Below, piece by piece: positions 22,493 to 33,051 of a stretch of DNA of 34,388 bases; position 1 is the stretch's first letter, and each line of letters starts with the position of its first letter. Below the pieces are notes generated by a model that did not search any database, had not been told where the DNA came from, and was given only the letters and a program-made list of their open reading frames with translations. The DNA is from Emiliania huxleyi CCMP1516 (Eukaryota), in assembly GCF_000372725.1 (NCBI RefSeq), contig NW_005201176.1:186001-220388 (forward strand), in the 5' to 3' direction. Both the position numbers and the translations under genes were made by a program.

Positions 22493-22713
22493 AAGGGTAA
22501 GGTAAGGTAAGGTAAGGTAAACGTCTCCACACACACAAAGTGGTGGGGCAAGGGGGGGCGACCCTCGCATCTCCACGCCCGGGACACGGGCAGGAGCCCC
22601 ACGGCATTCAAAGTGCAAGCACCGGCCCGGTGCCGTGGGTGAGCAACCTGCACCCCACTCCTACTCCTATAACACAACCCCCACAGCGTGGTCGTCTACG
22701 TGTTCAGAAACAC
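22493..22713 (-). mobile_element. (CCTTA)n-tailed retroposon, diverged short copy 2 with a 10-bp target-site duplication
   Basis: 22496-22644 is homologous to the 3' ends of copies 1 and 3. GGCCTGGAGC is repeated at 22483-22492 and 22714-22723. Confidence 0.8.
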
Positions 22714-23044
22714 GGCCTGGAGCCCTGCACAATGATGTTTATGGAGGTTGCCCTGTTCACGCGCGCGCGAGACCTGCAGACAGGGTTGCCAGGTGAGAGC
22801 GAATGGCGCGGTTCACGCCTCGCACAACAGAGAGAGAGATGCGCTCTGCATGGTGGGACATAAAAGAGAGCGAGTACTTGGGCGAGTAGGCCGTGCGGTC
22901 AACGCTGCCGCGCGCGACTTTGCGCGCGAGGCTGCGCAGCTTGAGAACGGCGGTGGGCGAGAAGCCGCCGCCGAACGTCTCGTGTAGAAATCGTCCCCCC
23001 CGAACAGGGCTGCGCTTCTTGGGCCCGGGGTCTCGAGGTTCTCG

Positions 23045-23420
23045 AGGGGCGTCGCCATTTGGCAGCATGTGACCAAGCTCAAAGCAGGCAAATTCACCGT
23101 TCAGGACGATGTCCTCTGCCGACAAAAAGCCAGCTCTCTGTGCGCTTGTGTGGACAGCACGAACGAGGAAATCCGTCGTTTCATGCTCAAAGATGTATAC
23201 GGGCGGCCGCGTGATTGAAATGTTCTGATCGCGGATACACATCTGCTCCAACCTACACCACCCGCGCTGCTTGTACGATGATGCGTCGCAGGCCTTGCCA
23301 GAATCCGAGTGCTGCGGCGGGATTGCGGAGGGCGAGGGGAGGATTGGTGTGACGCGATCCACGCAGGCGTATTGCCTTCCAAGGTGGGGTTGCGCGAGCA
23401 CATGCAGCTCGCGCTTTAGC
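23045..23420 (-). pseudogene. Gene fragment with an H-x-D...CD-x-S-SYxxRGWCRLE motif, disrupted by insertions
   Basis: ORF 22757..23428 contains QHSDSGKACDASSYKQRGWCRLEQ and VLNGEFACFELGH. The RGWC motif recalls HET/TIR-like algal proteins. It is bounded by a MITE on one side and by unrelated sequence after ...PNGD. Confidence 0.45.
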
Positions 23421-23422
23421 TT

Positions 23423-23877
23423 GTGCACGTTATTCTCGCGCAGGACTATCTATATTATTTTGCTTATATTCTCCCCGGACCGTCTATATTCTCGAGATTA
23501 TTCTCGAATATTGAGAATATTTTGACCACGCGTAGGTCGACGGAGGCCAAAAGTCGCTCCCAAACCCGCTCAGAACCACCAAAACTTAAAGATTTCAGTC
23601 GTCCTCGACCCGAAAACCTACTGTTGAGGGGGGGAATAGCTGTTTCGAGCTCTCTCGTCAAGACCGTTTTAGACGCCGCAGCGGTACGTCAAGAATATTC
23701 AAGAATATCTTTGGACTCGAGGTCTACTAAGGTCAAGGGCTGCGGAAAGCTCGTATATTCTTGAGGGAAAAGCCGGCCGGGGCATCTATGTTCTCGAGAA
23801 TTTCTCGAGAATATTCTCGAATATGGAAGTGCGCGGGACCCTCTATATTCTCAAAGATATTCGAGAATAACGTGCAC
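23423..23877. mobile_element. MITE (~450 bp) with palindromic TATTCTCGAGAATA-type subterminal repeats
   Basis: Terminal inverted repeats gtgcacgttattctcg and cgagaataacgtgcac, with many internal tattctcga/tcgagaata motifs. It is inserted in a palindromic GTGCAC site. Confidence 0.8.
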
Positions 23878-24227
23878 AGGCCAACTCGCGCTGCGCTGCG
23901 GTATAAGGTGGGCCTGGCCTACCATGGCAATGCTACGCGCCGACGCTGGACATCGGGCAAGTGGTCCACACGCTGAACAGAATCTGCCCTGGGACGGGGG
24001 AGGCTGTAAGGTAGTGTAAGACCTTCCGTGGGTCTGCCTCTCACACCCTCACTGCTGTCGTATGCGAGGTTCAGGCGTCTCTTATCACCCTTACTGTGAA
24101 CAGCGCCCCGGGGTTGTGCTTTTCTGTGAACAGCGCCTCAGCACCGCCGAGTGCCGACCTCTCGATTGGGGGATATCTCGCTGCCGTCCAGAAATCAATA
24201 TCATCCCAGGTGCGCTCCAGCGTGCAT

Positions 24228-25694
24228 ATGCTCCACGCTCGCCAGCAGCGCGCCTGCTGTTCCTCCGCTGGCCACATCTGCATCTTCGTCGCGACCGAGG
24301 CCGGCAAGCCCGCATACATCGACCGCCTAACATCTGTGTTGATCACATGGGCCGCAACGCCGCTGCCTGCGGACGTGAGCGTCCGCTTCGTGCTCTCGGC
24401 ACACGGACTCTCTCAGCTCTTCAACCTGTCAAGCCAAACGCGCCGTATCGCGTCAACGCGTGCTCGCGCCGCAACCCTCCTTGCCAAGGCGATGCCGTTC
24501 CCGCCGCACGTGCCGCAGCTCACAGCTGCGCTGCGCAACGAGCAGCTGGTGGTGCTCGACGACTCGACGCGCGACTTGTTCAAGCTTGGCCGCGATGGCG
24601 CGGCGCGGCGCTTCGAGTGGGTGGCGCACGCCGTTCGCGAGCGCTTTGCAGACGCGTGCGACTGGATCGCAATGACAGAGGTGTGCATGACCCCCGGCGC
24701 CTGTGAGAGCCCACATGCACAACTCCTTCACCACCCGTTCATAGGACCGCGTCCCCCAGGGCTCACTGTTCCACGTCTCTCTCTCTTTTCTCCCTATCAT
24801 TCCGCCTTTCCCCGCCTGTCCCCGCCCGCCATACCCCAGGACGACACTTACGTCGACGTGCATGCGGCCCGTTGGACGGTCGACTGCTCGCTGGCTCCGA
24901 CGCGGGACCGGCTGTACTGGTACAGCGGCCAGGTCTTTGGTCACACATGGGGAGACTTTGTGCACGGCGATTGGATGGTCTTCAACCGCCGCTCCTTCGT
25001 ATGGACCGACAACGCGCTCTGGCAGTGCCCGCTGCCGCGCATTTCTTGGAGCGATAGATTTCTCGGCGGCTGCATTCGGTACGCCGCGGGCTGGCCCGGC
25101 TACCCGGAAAAGCGGAGGCATCCCGGCGACTATGCAGGCACGCGGGCGCGACACACGCCCGCCGCCACGCTCCGCAGGAAGAGGGGTGTGCTCTGCTCGA
25201 CCACTGCGTGGGGACGCGCGCTCCTTTTCTGTTATGTGCAGGCACGCCGGAGATGCGGCCCAAGCAGTGGCCCGAGCCCATCATCGCCGACAAGCACCGT
25301 TCGGTGGTCGTGGATCTGGCGCGGCAGCTCCACGCTGTGCGGCAAGAGAAGAGGCACGCCAACTCCAGCCTCGACGAGAAGAAGGCAAACGCACGAGAAG
25401 ACAAGATGCGAAGAGCTCGGCTCCTAGACCGGCACGCGACGAGCTTCCACAAGTGAGCCTCGCCTTCCCTGCCGTCCGCCGCCCCCTTGCCGAGCCCGTC
25501 CTTGAATCCTGCCTCACCCACACTCTCGAGCCTCGTTCGCTTCCAGGCTAGAGCCCGACGAGATGGTAGCCGTGCACGCCCTGCTCCAGCAGAGAGAGCT
25601 CGCGCAGGCGAGGCGGGGTAGGTACCCAGTGTGCAGCGAAAGCTCGAGACTGCTCAACGTCGAGGACAAGCGCGAATTGCGACGCTGGGAGTGA
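24228..25694 (+). CDS. Glycosyltransferase, GT31/Fringe-like, with 3 predicted introns and an uncertain 5' end
   Basis: Removing introns 24681-24839 (GT-AG), 25138-25241 (GC-AG) and 25453-25546 (GT-AG) gives DWIAMTE|DDTYV (DxD-type motif), WSDRFLGGCI and TSFHK|LEPDEM, with the stop at 25692-25694. The frames were checked by hand. Confidence 0.7.
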
Positions 25695-27105
25695 GCGCTG
25701 CGCTGCCCAGCCGTACGCGTAGAGCTAGAGGAAAGTTAGGGCCGGGGGGGGGGGGGGGCGCCCGGTCCCCTGTGAACAGGGCTCGCACCTCAACCTCTCA
25801 CAGACCAGCGCACAGCGCCATAGGACGTTTTTTCTTCTCAATAACAAGGCTGTAAACATTGTTCTCTGTGTGTGTGTGTCCGCCCTTCTTTATCGCGGAG
25901 TAGAGTTGGAGTAACTTCAGCACTTGAGCACTGGATCTAGAGGGGTCGATTCCGCACATATGGGTGTACGGGACCCCGTTGGAGTACACCTATAAGTGGA
26001 CCGTAACGTACGGACGACATACGTACAGTGCAACACGAGAGGTGTAGCTCGTGAGTCGTCGGTGACACGACCCTCGTGTGCGTGACTGCGTCAGACTCAG
26101 AGGACATCAGAGAGACGAAACCCAAACCGCACCTCATGCGCGTGCTCTTCTTCCTGCTTGCTGCTCGCCCTCCGGTCGGGAGCCGGAGTGGGTGCCTGGG
26201 TGGGTCGGGGCTGCTGCAGCGGCTCGAGTCGGCGCAAGGTGTTACGGTGGGGGGGGGGGGAGGACTACCTCGTCAACGACATTGCACCAGGACCGACACC
26301 GTCGGGGGGGCAGGCGATGATGGCATATGCCTGCTGTTGTTGTGTGAAGAGGCGAGTGGCGTAATCAACAAATCAAATGCCCGCATGACACGTGTGCCGG
26401 TTGCCGCCTCATGTGCTTAGGATTCCTAGTCAAACGCACCCTGCAGAAAGGCGAGGAGAGCGCGAGAGAAGAAAACGATTGCGCCCGCCTCTCTCGTGTG
26501 GGTGGTGGGTGCGTGTTCGCTGGTTCTGGCGTGGATTTGAGTAGCGGTTCGATCTCTTGACCGCTGTGTTTTTGCGGCGCATGTTGGGGCAGGTCGGAGC
26601 GCGCCGTAAAGGTGCTCGCCGATGGAGCCGGTGGTGGCAAGCTGCTGCGCCAGCGCTTGGCCGGGGACTCGCTCCGGGAGTCGCTCATCGGGCGCGGTGT
26701 TTTAGGGCGACTAGACCTCTCCGCCAGCCTGAGGCGACAGCCAGAAGAAAAGTTGAACAAAAAACTCCTACGCGCACGACGCTGAACCCGCGTCACGAAC
26801 TCGAGGTCACGACCCATAAAGCCGAATCCTCCTTTGGATGTCTGCTTTCGTTTTTTCTTTCTTTCTTACACTGGGCACGGGACTGGCGCGCACTGGCACT
26901 AACACAGGTACACCCAGAAAAATAATTTTACCAGCAGGAAAAAGAACTATGAGATTTCACGACCGACACACTACTCACGTCATCTGTAGCTCGGCCAGCC
27001 CTCCCATCCGGATCTCGGCCTCTCCCGAGTCGGTCGTACTCCTATCAGCCACGCGCCCGAGTTGCGTTATAAAACTCTTTTTAGAAGCCGCCGTCGCTTT
27101 GCCTG

Positions 27106-28623
27106 TTGTGTGAATCGTGCCTGCGCGACAGCGCTTCGTTTTTCTTCTTCTTTGGCCCGAGAAATTCTTTTTCTCGCGAGGCCGCTCCTTGCTACTCCGC
27201 CCTGCCGCGCCGCTCGCGCCGCCTCGCTACCGCCGCCACCGCCACCGCCGCTCCCTCGCCAGACACGCCGCCGCCCGCCCGCCTTCTCGACCTCCCCACG
27301 GACCTCCTCGTCCGCGTCGTTACTCGCTGCGACAGCCCCCTCGACATCGCTCGCGTCGCGGCCGTCTCGCTGCTCTTCCACGCCTCGCTCGCTGAGGAGG
27401 GCATCCGCTTGTGGGCGCGAGAGCGCGGCTTCGAGCTGCCGGCGCAGCCCGAGGGCGAGAGCTGCGCCGTGCGGTGGCTGTGCTATTCGGCGCTGCTGCG
27501 CGAAGCCAACCCGCCGGCGAGGGCGGCGGCAGGCCAGTCTCACAGCCTCTTCATCGACGGCGAGGGGCGGCTCTCGTCGTGCGGCTCAGCGGAAGACGTC
27601 GCAGGCCTCCTCGGGCACGGCGAGAGCGTGACACAGCTCAACACGCCGACCCGCCTCCAGTCGACGCTGGGCGGCGAGCGCGCCGTGAGCGTGGCGGCTG
27701 GAGCAATCCATGGCCTCGCCCTCACTGCCGACGGCAACGTCTGGAGCTGGGGCCGGGGGGTCGCTGGCCCGCTGGGCCACGGCGACGAGCAGACGCACCA
27801 AGTGCCCAAGAAGATAGATGCCTTGACTGGCCAGCGTGTCGTCGCTGTCTCGGCTGGCTACGACCATAGCCTCGCCCTCGCCGCCGATGGCGCCGTCTGG
27901 AGCTGGGGCGAGGGCGCATGCGCTTGCCTAGGCCACGGAGAGGACCTGTCGGACCAGTTGCTGCCCAAGAAGGTCGAGGCCTTGGCGGGGCAGCGCGTCG
28001 CCGCTGTTGCGGCCGGAGAGTGCCATAGCCTCGCCCTCACCGCCGACGGCTCTGTCTGGAGCTGGGGCCGTGGAACCTTTGGCAGGCTAGGCCACGGCGA
28101 CGAGCAGCACCAGCTGCTGCCGAAGGAGGTCGAGGCCTTGGCTGGCGAGCGCGTCATCGCCGTGTCGGCTGGGCCGTACCACAGTTTCGCACTCACCGCT
28201 GACGGCAGTGTCTGGAGCTGGGGTTGGGGAAACGAAGGCCGGTTGGGCCACGGCGACGAGCAGCGCCAGCTGCTGCCCAAGAAAGTCGAGGCCTTGACTG
28301 GCCAGCGCGTCGTCGCCGTGTCGGCGGGAGGCGAGCGCAGCCTCGCCATCACTGCCGACGGCGCCGCCTGGAGCTGGGGCCTTGGAGGCGGGGGCGGCTT
28401 GGGACACGGCGACGAGCAGAGCCAACTGCTGCCCAAGAAGATCGAGGCCTTTGCTGGCCAGCGCGTCGTCGCTGTGTCGGCTGGGGCGTTCGACGATCTC
28501 GCCATCACTGCCAACGGCGCCGTCTTTACTTGGGGCGAGGGCGATCGCGGCTGCCTAGGCCACGGAGAGGACCTGTCCAACCAGCTGCTGCCCAAGAAGG
28601 TCGAGGCGTGGGCGTTGGGTTAG
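27106..28623 (+). CDS. F-box-like domain + RCC1-repeat protein, copy 2 (no ATG, possible pseudogene)
   Basis: Paralogue of 9092-10516 with LLDLPTDLLVRVVTRC and RCC1 repeats. The ATG context ctcgcgATG of copy 1 reads ctcgcgAGG here, and no Met is visible in the ORF. Confidence 0.85.
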   Translation: MCESCLRDSASFFFFFGPRNSFSREAAPCYSALPRRSRRLATAATATAAPSPDTPPPARLLDLPTDLLVRVVTRCDSPLDIARVAAVSLLFHASLAEEGIRLWARERGFELPAQPEGESCAVRWLCYSALLREANPPARAAAGQSHSLFIDGEGRLSSCGSAEDVAGLLGHGESVTQLNTPTRLQSTLGGERAVSVAAGAIHGLALTADGNVWSWGRGVAGPLGHGDEQTHQVPKKIDALTGQRVVAVSAGYDHSLALAADGAVWSWGEGACACLGHGEDLSDQLLPKKVEALAGQRVAAVAAGECHSLALTADGSVWSWGRGTFGRLGHGDEQHQLLPKEVEALAGERVIAVSAGPYHSFALTADGSVWSWGWGNEGRLGHGDEQRQLLPKKVEALTGQRVVAVSAGGERSLAITADGAAWSWGLGGGGGLGHGDEQSQLLPKKIEAFAGQRVVAVSAGAFDDLAITANGAVFTWGEGDRGCLGHGEDLSNQLLPKKVEAWALG

Positions 28624-29270
28624 TAGGGTACCGGGAGCCTCGTACGGCCACGCACGCCGCGTGAGAGGGCGGCTGGGCGAGCTGGCGAGCGCGAGAGCGG
28701 ACACGCCGCTCAGACCTAGTGAGGGAGAGCGTGAGGAGTCCGGGGGACTTGGACTTGGTAGCGGCATATATTTTTCTGCTGATTTACCGATTTTCTCGGG
28801 GTTGACCGCTGTGGCGTGTGGGGCCGCGTCGCGCGTGCGGTTGCCGGTTCGCACCTCCCCGGGGTCCGGCGTCCAAAAACAGCTGCGAGCTGTGCCTGAC
28901 GAAATCTTTGCCCTCTCCTTTCTACAATACATAGGCAGTGTTCTTTTTGATAAATGACGGCGCACCCAAAAGAGTAAAAGAGACACGTGTATGTCAAATT
29001 CATGCCGATTGGCGATGCACCCGCGGGACGCCCCGGGCGAGAGAGTACAGACTCTCGCCCTGTCAAAAGCGCCTGCGCCGCGCCGAAAGACCGCGGGGCC
29101 CTCGAGCCACCCCGCCCGACGGTGCGGACACGGCGGAGAGGAGCTGTGTGAGGTCACCGAATGGAGGGCGAACGGCACGATACGAAAAGGCAGGGCGAGG
29201 CGGATGGAGAAAGAAGTGCCGAGGAGGGCATGGTGGAGGGGAGGGACGGGAGGACGAAAGAAGGGCGAGG

Positions 29271-29435
29271 AGGACGAGCGGCCCGCAAAGGCCGCGAGCA
29301 GACAGCGCCTGCTGGCCACCTCGAGACATTCGCAAAGAACGCTAGCTACATGGGAGGGATTCGTGAATGATGGATTGAAAAACATTCGAACAAAGAAGAG
29401 GCGACGGGAGGAACCGGCAGAGGATGCAGTGACGT

Positions 29436-29534
<99 letters not shown>

Positions 29535-29692
29535 ACGCACACACACACACACACACCGCTCACCCACGCGCACCGGGCCTTGCACTTTAAATGCCGTGGG
29601 GCTCCTGTCGTTAGACGTGGAGACGCGAGGGTCGCCCCCCCTTGCCCCACCACCTCGTGTGTGTGGAGAAGTCTACCTTACCTTACCTTACC
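29271..29692 (+). mobile_element. (CCTTA)n-tailed retroposon, copy 3, containing (CA)n at 29437-29556 and possibly extending further 5'
   Basis: An ORF end (...EEPAEDAVT-TGA) is followed by (CA)n, a ~115-nt GC-rich UTR and taccttaccttaccttacc. It matches the reverse complement of 7649-8131. Confidence 0.78.
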
Positions 29693-29760
29693 TAGCTGCT
29701 GTGGCCCACTGGTGGCGCCTCACGGCCGCCTCAGTCCCACACCAGCGCCTGCACGAGCTA

Positions 29761-30153
29761 AGGCAGGCGTAAAATATTGAATATATTGCTCCAATAGTTA
29801 GAGATGCGATCAATATCAATATATATTGCAATACTTAGAGGAGAGGCTGGGCCTGGGCTGGTCAGGACCGTCAGGTGGGTCCATCCTGGGCTTGAAAGTG
29901 GCTCTAAATCGTTCAAAACGGGCCCAAATCGCTTCAAAATCGCTTAAACCGCATTAAAAATCGCCTTGAACTCGCGATTTTTTCGATTTCAGCCCACATC
30001 TAGGCAATGTTTGGGACAAATGTCGACATTGGTGCTTTTGGAGGTTAAAATCAGCGATCAATATGTCAATATATTGTCAATAGTTAGAGGGGATGCTGTC
30101 AATAATCAATATCAATAGTTAGAGGGGCGAGAATCAATATTTTACGCCTGCCT
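29761..30153. mobile_element. MITE, 393 bp, with perfect 20-bp TIRs and a TA target-site duplication
   Basis: TA|AGGCAGGCGTAAAATATTGA ... TCAATATTTTACGCCTGCCT|TA, with AT-rich atattg/caatat subterminal repeats. The empty site would be gcTAgc. Confidence 0.92.
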
Positions 30154-30400
30154 TAGCACACGAGCAGGACGCCATTCAGCAGCAGGCAGGCTGTGAACTG
30201 CGCCAACAGTTGAGAGGAACCCACACACACCCTGCGTTTACGATACCAGGGGATGCTTGCGCAGAAGATGTGTCAGCTTTTTACAAGTCTCATTGTGTTT
30301 TCAGACAGAAGAAAAGACACGAGCAAAGCCTGGCTCCGCCGAGCGTTGCGTCGATTGCAGTCCGTTGCACATGAGAAAGCACGAGCGGAGCAGGCTCGCG

Positions 30401-31307
30401 CTAGGCGCAGCACAGCCCGCAGAGGCCGCGGCGAGTGGGGAGGCAGCGCCTGGCTGTTGTAGTAGCGATGTCGAAGGGGTCCTCGCCCGCCATCCTCGGG
30501 TCCTGGCCGTACACGCTCTCAAAAGGGTCCGATTCGACGTCGCACTGGGTCCACGCCTTCGGTCCTTTATAGGAGGCGCGGGGTGGCGCGGTCTGGCGCA
30601 GATTTGGCTCGTACTCCTTCTGAAATGGCGTCTTTGCGCTGCCGCGCATATGAAACTCGTACGTCGGCGGCGGAGCCGCCCCGGCGCCGGAAAAGACGAA
30701 GGTCCTGTGCTCATCCGACCAACGGCACGCTGCCGGAGGGGCTTGGGATGTCCAGGACGGCATCTAAGGACGGGGGTGGTTTCCTGCCGTGAGCAGCAGT
30801 TCGAAGAGGGCCCCGGGGAGAAGGCTAGCTGAGTACCGTGCGGTGATGGCTTTCAAACGCCGGCGGTACCCAACTTCCCGTCCCGCCCGCATTTGCAGTC
30901 GCCGCCTTGGACCTCTCCGCCATCATCGCCCGAAACGCGTCCACTTCGGCCGTGTCCTTGGCCACCTTTGCCATCGCTGCCTCCAGAGTCTGGAATGCCT
31001 CCGTCGCGCGGGGGTGTACGCTCCTGTCGGGATGCACCTGGGGAGCACGGGGTGCCGATGTAGGGCGTGCTCACTGTGCTCACTGTGCTTCGCCCCTCCC
31101 TGAGTGGAACTTCCTATCGTGTTTGCAACAGTCTTTGTCGCAAGCACCTTTCGAGCCAGGGTTCGGTAAGCGTTCCGCCTACATGCCAGGCAGTGTCATC
31201 ATCACCTCATGCTCTGCAGGTGCAACCACACGGTGCAGCCTCACTTAGCTTCGGCCGAAGCCGTCCGAGAAACGCCGAGCACACGGTACGCGTCGTCCGC
31301 GCCAAGG
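30401..31307 (-). CDS. J-domain (DnaJ/Hsp40-type) protein, copy 1, 5' end in the gap
   Basis: Spliced exons give LGADDAYRVLGVSRTASAEAK|RNAYRTLARK|VHPDRSVHPRATEAFQTLE, including the HPD motif. The 3' exon is tentative. Confidence 0.75.
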
Positions 31308-31513
31308 NNNNNNNNNNNNNNNNNNNNNNNNNNNNNNNNNNNNNNNNNNNNNNNNNNNNNNNNNNNNNNNNNNNNNNNNNNNNNNNNNNNNNNNNNNNNN
31401 NNNNNNNNNNNNNNNNNNNNNNNNNNNNNNNNNNNNNNNNNNNNNNNNNNNNNNNNNNNNNNNNNNNNNNNNNNNNNNNNNNNNNNNNNNNNNNNNNNNN
31501 NNNNNNNNNNNNN
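31308..31513. other. Assembly gap
   Basis: Run of N. Confidence 1.
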
Positions 31514-31532
31514 CGTAGTGACGCAGGGGAGT

Positions 31533-32010
31533 CTAGGCGACGGCGGCGTCCTCGGACGCCGCGGCGAGCCTGAGCTCGGTCGCAATCTCTTCCGCCGCCG
31601 CGAGCTGCAGCGCGACTGACATGCGCTGGGCCTGCAGCAAGAGCCACGACCGCGTCGACCAGCTCGCCTCGTCCTCGTGCTGCCGCTTCGAGAGCTTGTT
31701 GCGCACCTTGTCCTTCATCTGGTAGAACAGCCGCTTGACCGCGTTGCACCACCCGCCGAAGGTTTCGAACAGGTACATCTGCACGTCGGTGTCCGAGCGC
31801 GAGAGGGCGTGCGCGTCTAGTCCGCCTTCTTGTACGCCACATAGCCGCCGCCGTCGCTCGGCCTGAAGTCGCCGTCCCCGACAGCGCCGCGCTGCTCGAG
31901 GCCGAAGACGTCCGCGCTCGTGCCGGGCTCGGTGTTGCCGAGGCCGACGAAAGCGCCTCGCTGGCCGACGTCCTCCGGGTTGGAGGAGAGCGAGTCCTTG
32001 AACTTGACGT
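31533..32010 (-). mobile_element. 3' fragment of an RLE-type (CRE/R2-like) non-LTR retrotransposon, family A, with an in-frame stop
   Basis: ...GGGYVAYKKAD*THAL...VQMYLFETFGGW...SWSTRSWLLLQAQRMSVALQLAAA resembles the C-terminal end of restriction-like endonuclease domains (E-x-x-G ... QR-x-SVA). Confidence 0.55.
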
Positions 32011-32440
32011 TTAAGGCCGATGGTGTAACCTTATCGCGCGCGCTCGCGACGCCGACCGACTCGGAGGCCGGTGTTGACAGAAAAACACAACCCCGCCCGG
32101 ACCCAAGACGCCCGGCTGTCGCCGCGGGGCCCCCACGAACACCACGCGTCGGATGCGGTGCCGCGCGAACTCGCACGCAAAGTGCACGCCCCACGCCCGC
32201 CGCAGCGTCGTAGCGAAGTAGGACCGCGCCTCCTTCGCGCTACGCGCGCCGATCCGCCTCCAGTGCTGCTTGGATGCCGAATCCACCACACGAATAGCTG
32301 GTGCAGGTGAGGCTGCGCACGGTGCCAAACGAGCGCAGCACGGTGTTCACAGTGTTGCAGCGCGATCCGAACGCGGGAAGAAGTGCGGTCCAGTGCGCTC
32401 ACGTGGGTGCGCCGTCCGGGCGGCGGCCGCAACATCGAGC
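32011..32440 (-). mobile_element. Degenerate RLE-type retrotransposon fragment, family B, duplicate of 33921-34388 with small deletions
   Basis: Near-identical to 33921-34388 starting at ttaaggccgatggtgta. Confidence 0.55.
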
Positions 32441-32476
32441 TCGCTCACAGTCGCATATCGCGCGGGCGGCGCAGCA

Positions 32477-32837
32477 ATGGACGAGCTCTCAGAGTATGAG
32501 CTGCAACGACTGGAGCACATCCGTCGTAACCACGAGATGCTCGTGCGGCTCGGCCTCGTCGACCCGACACCGGCCGCGCCGCAGCAGAAGGCGCCAAGGA
32601 AGCCCCGGACCAAGCTTCCGCCGGTGCCGCCCGAGTCGCTGCGACGCTCATCTCGCGTGCGCGACCTCAAGCCCGAGTACACCAAGGAGACCATCGACCA
32701 GTTCGGCGACGATCTCGACCGGCAGGCGGCGAGGCGCTCGCCGGCGAAAAAGCGGCCTCGGCCAGAGGAGGAGGACGCGGACGAGGCGGCGCTGCGTCGG
32801 GAGATCGACGCGAGCACGGTCGCCTTCCTCACTGAAG
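32477..32837 (+). CDS. First exon of a probable nuclear protein, cut by the gap
   Basis: MDELSEYELQRLEHIRRNHEMLVRLGL...LRRSSR...AKKRPR resembles the SEYE-x2-R-x3-I-x-x-N-x3-L-x2-LG motif of CDCA7-like chromatin proteins and carries basic NLS-like clusters. Confidence 0.55.
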
Positions 32838-32951
32838 GCGCGGCGAGGCCCTTTTCCCGCCTACCTTCCCCTTCTGCCGAACGGGGGCCGGACCCCCGGC
32901 CAACCGCCGAACGCCCTGTTTCCGAAGTAGGCCGGTTCCGGCCGTTTGGGG

Positions 32952-33051
32952 NNNNNNNNNNNNNNNNNNNNNNNNNNNNNNNNNNNNNNNNNNNNNNNNN
33001 NNNNNNNNNNNNNNNNNNNNNNNNNNNNNNNNNNNNNNNNNNNNNNNNNNN
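32952..33051. other. Assembly gap (100 N, probably unsized)
   Basis: Run of exactly 100 N. Confidence 1.

Noticed and set aside
26365..26817. Minus-strand ORF containing MSDSRSESPAKRWR
   Set aside because: It could be a first exon, but no motif or consistent downstream exon was found.
29556..29692. SECIS element or hammerhead/HDV ribozyme in the retroposon UTR
   Set aside because: There is no AUGA/GA quartet with apical AA and no CUGANGA/GAAA core. I could not build an HDV double pseudoknot by eye.
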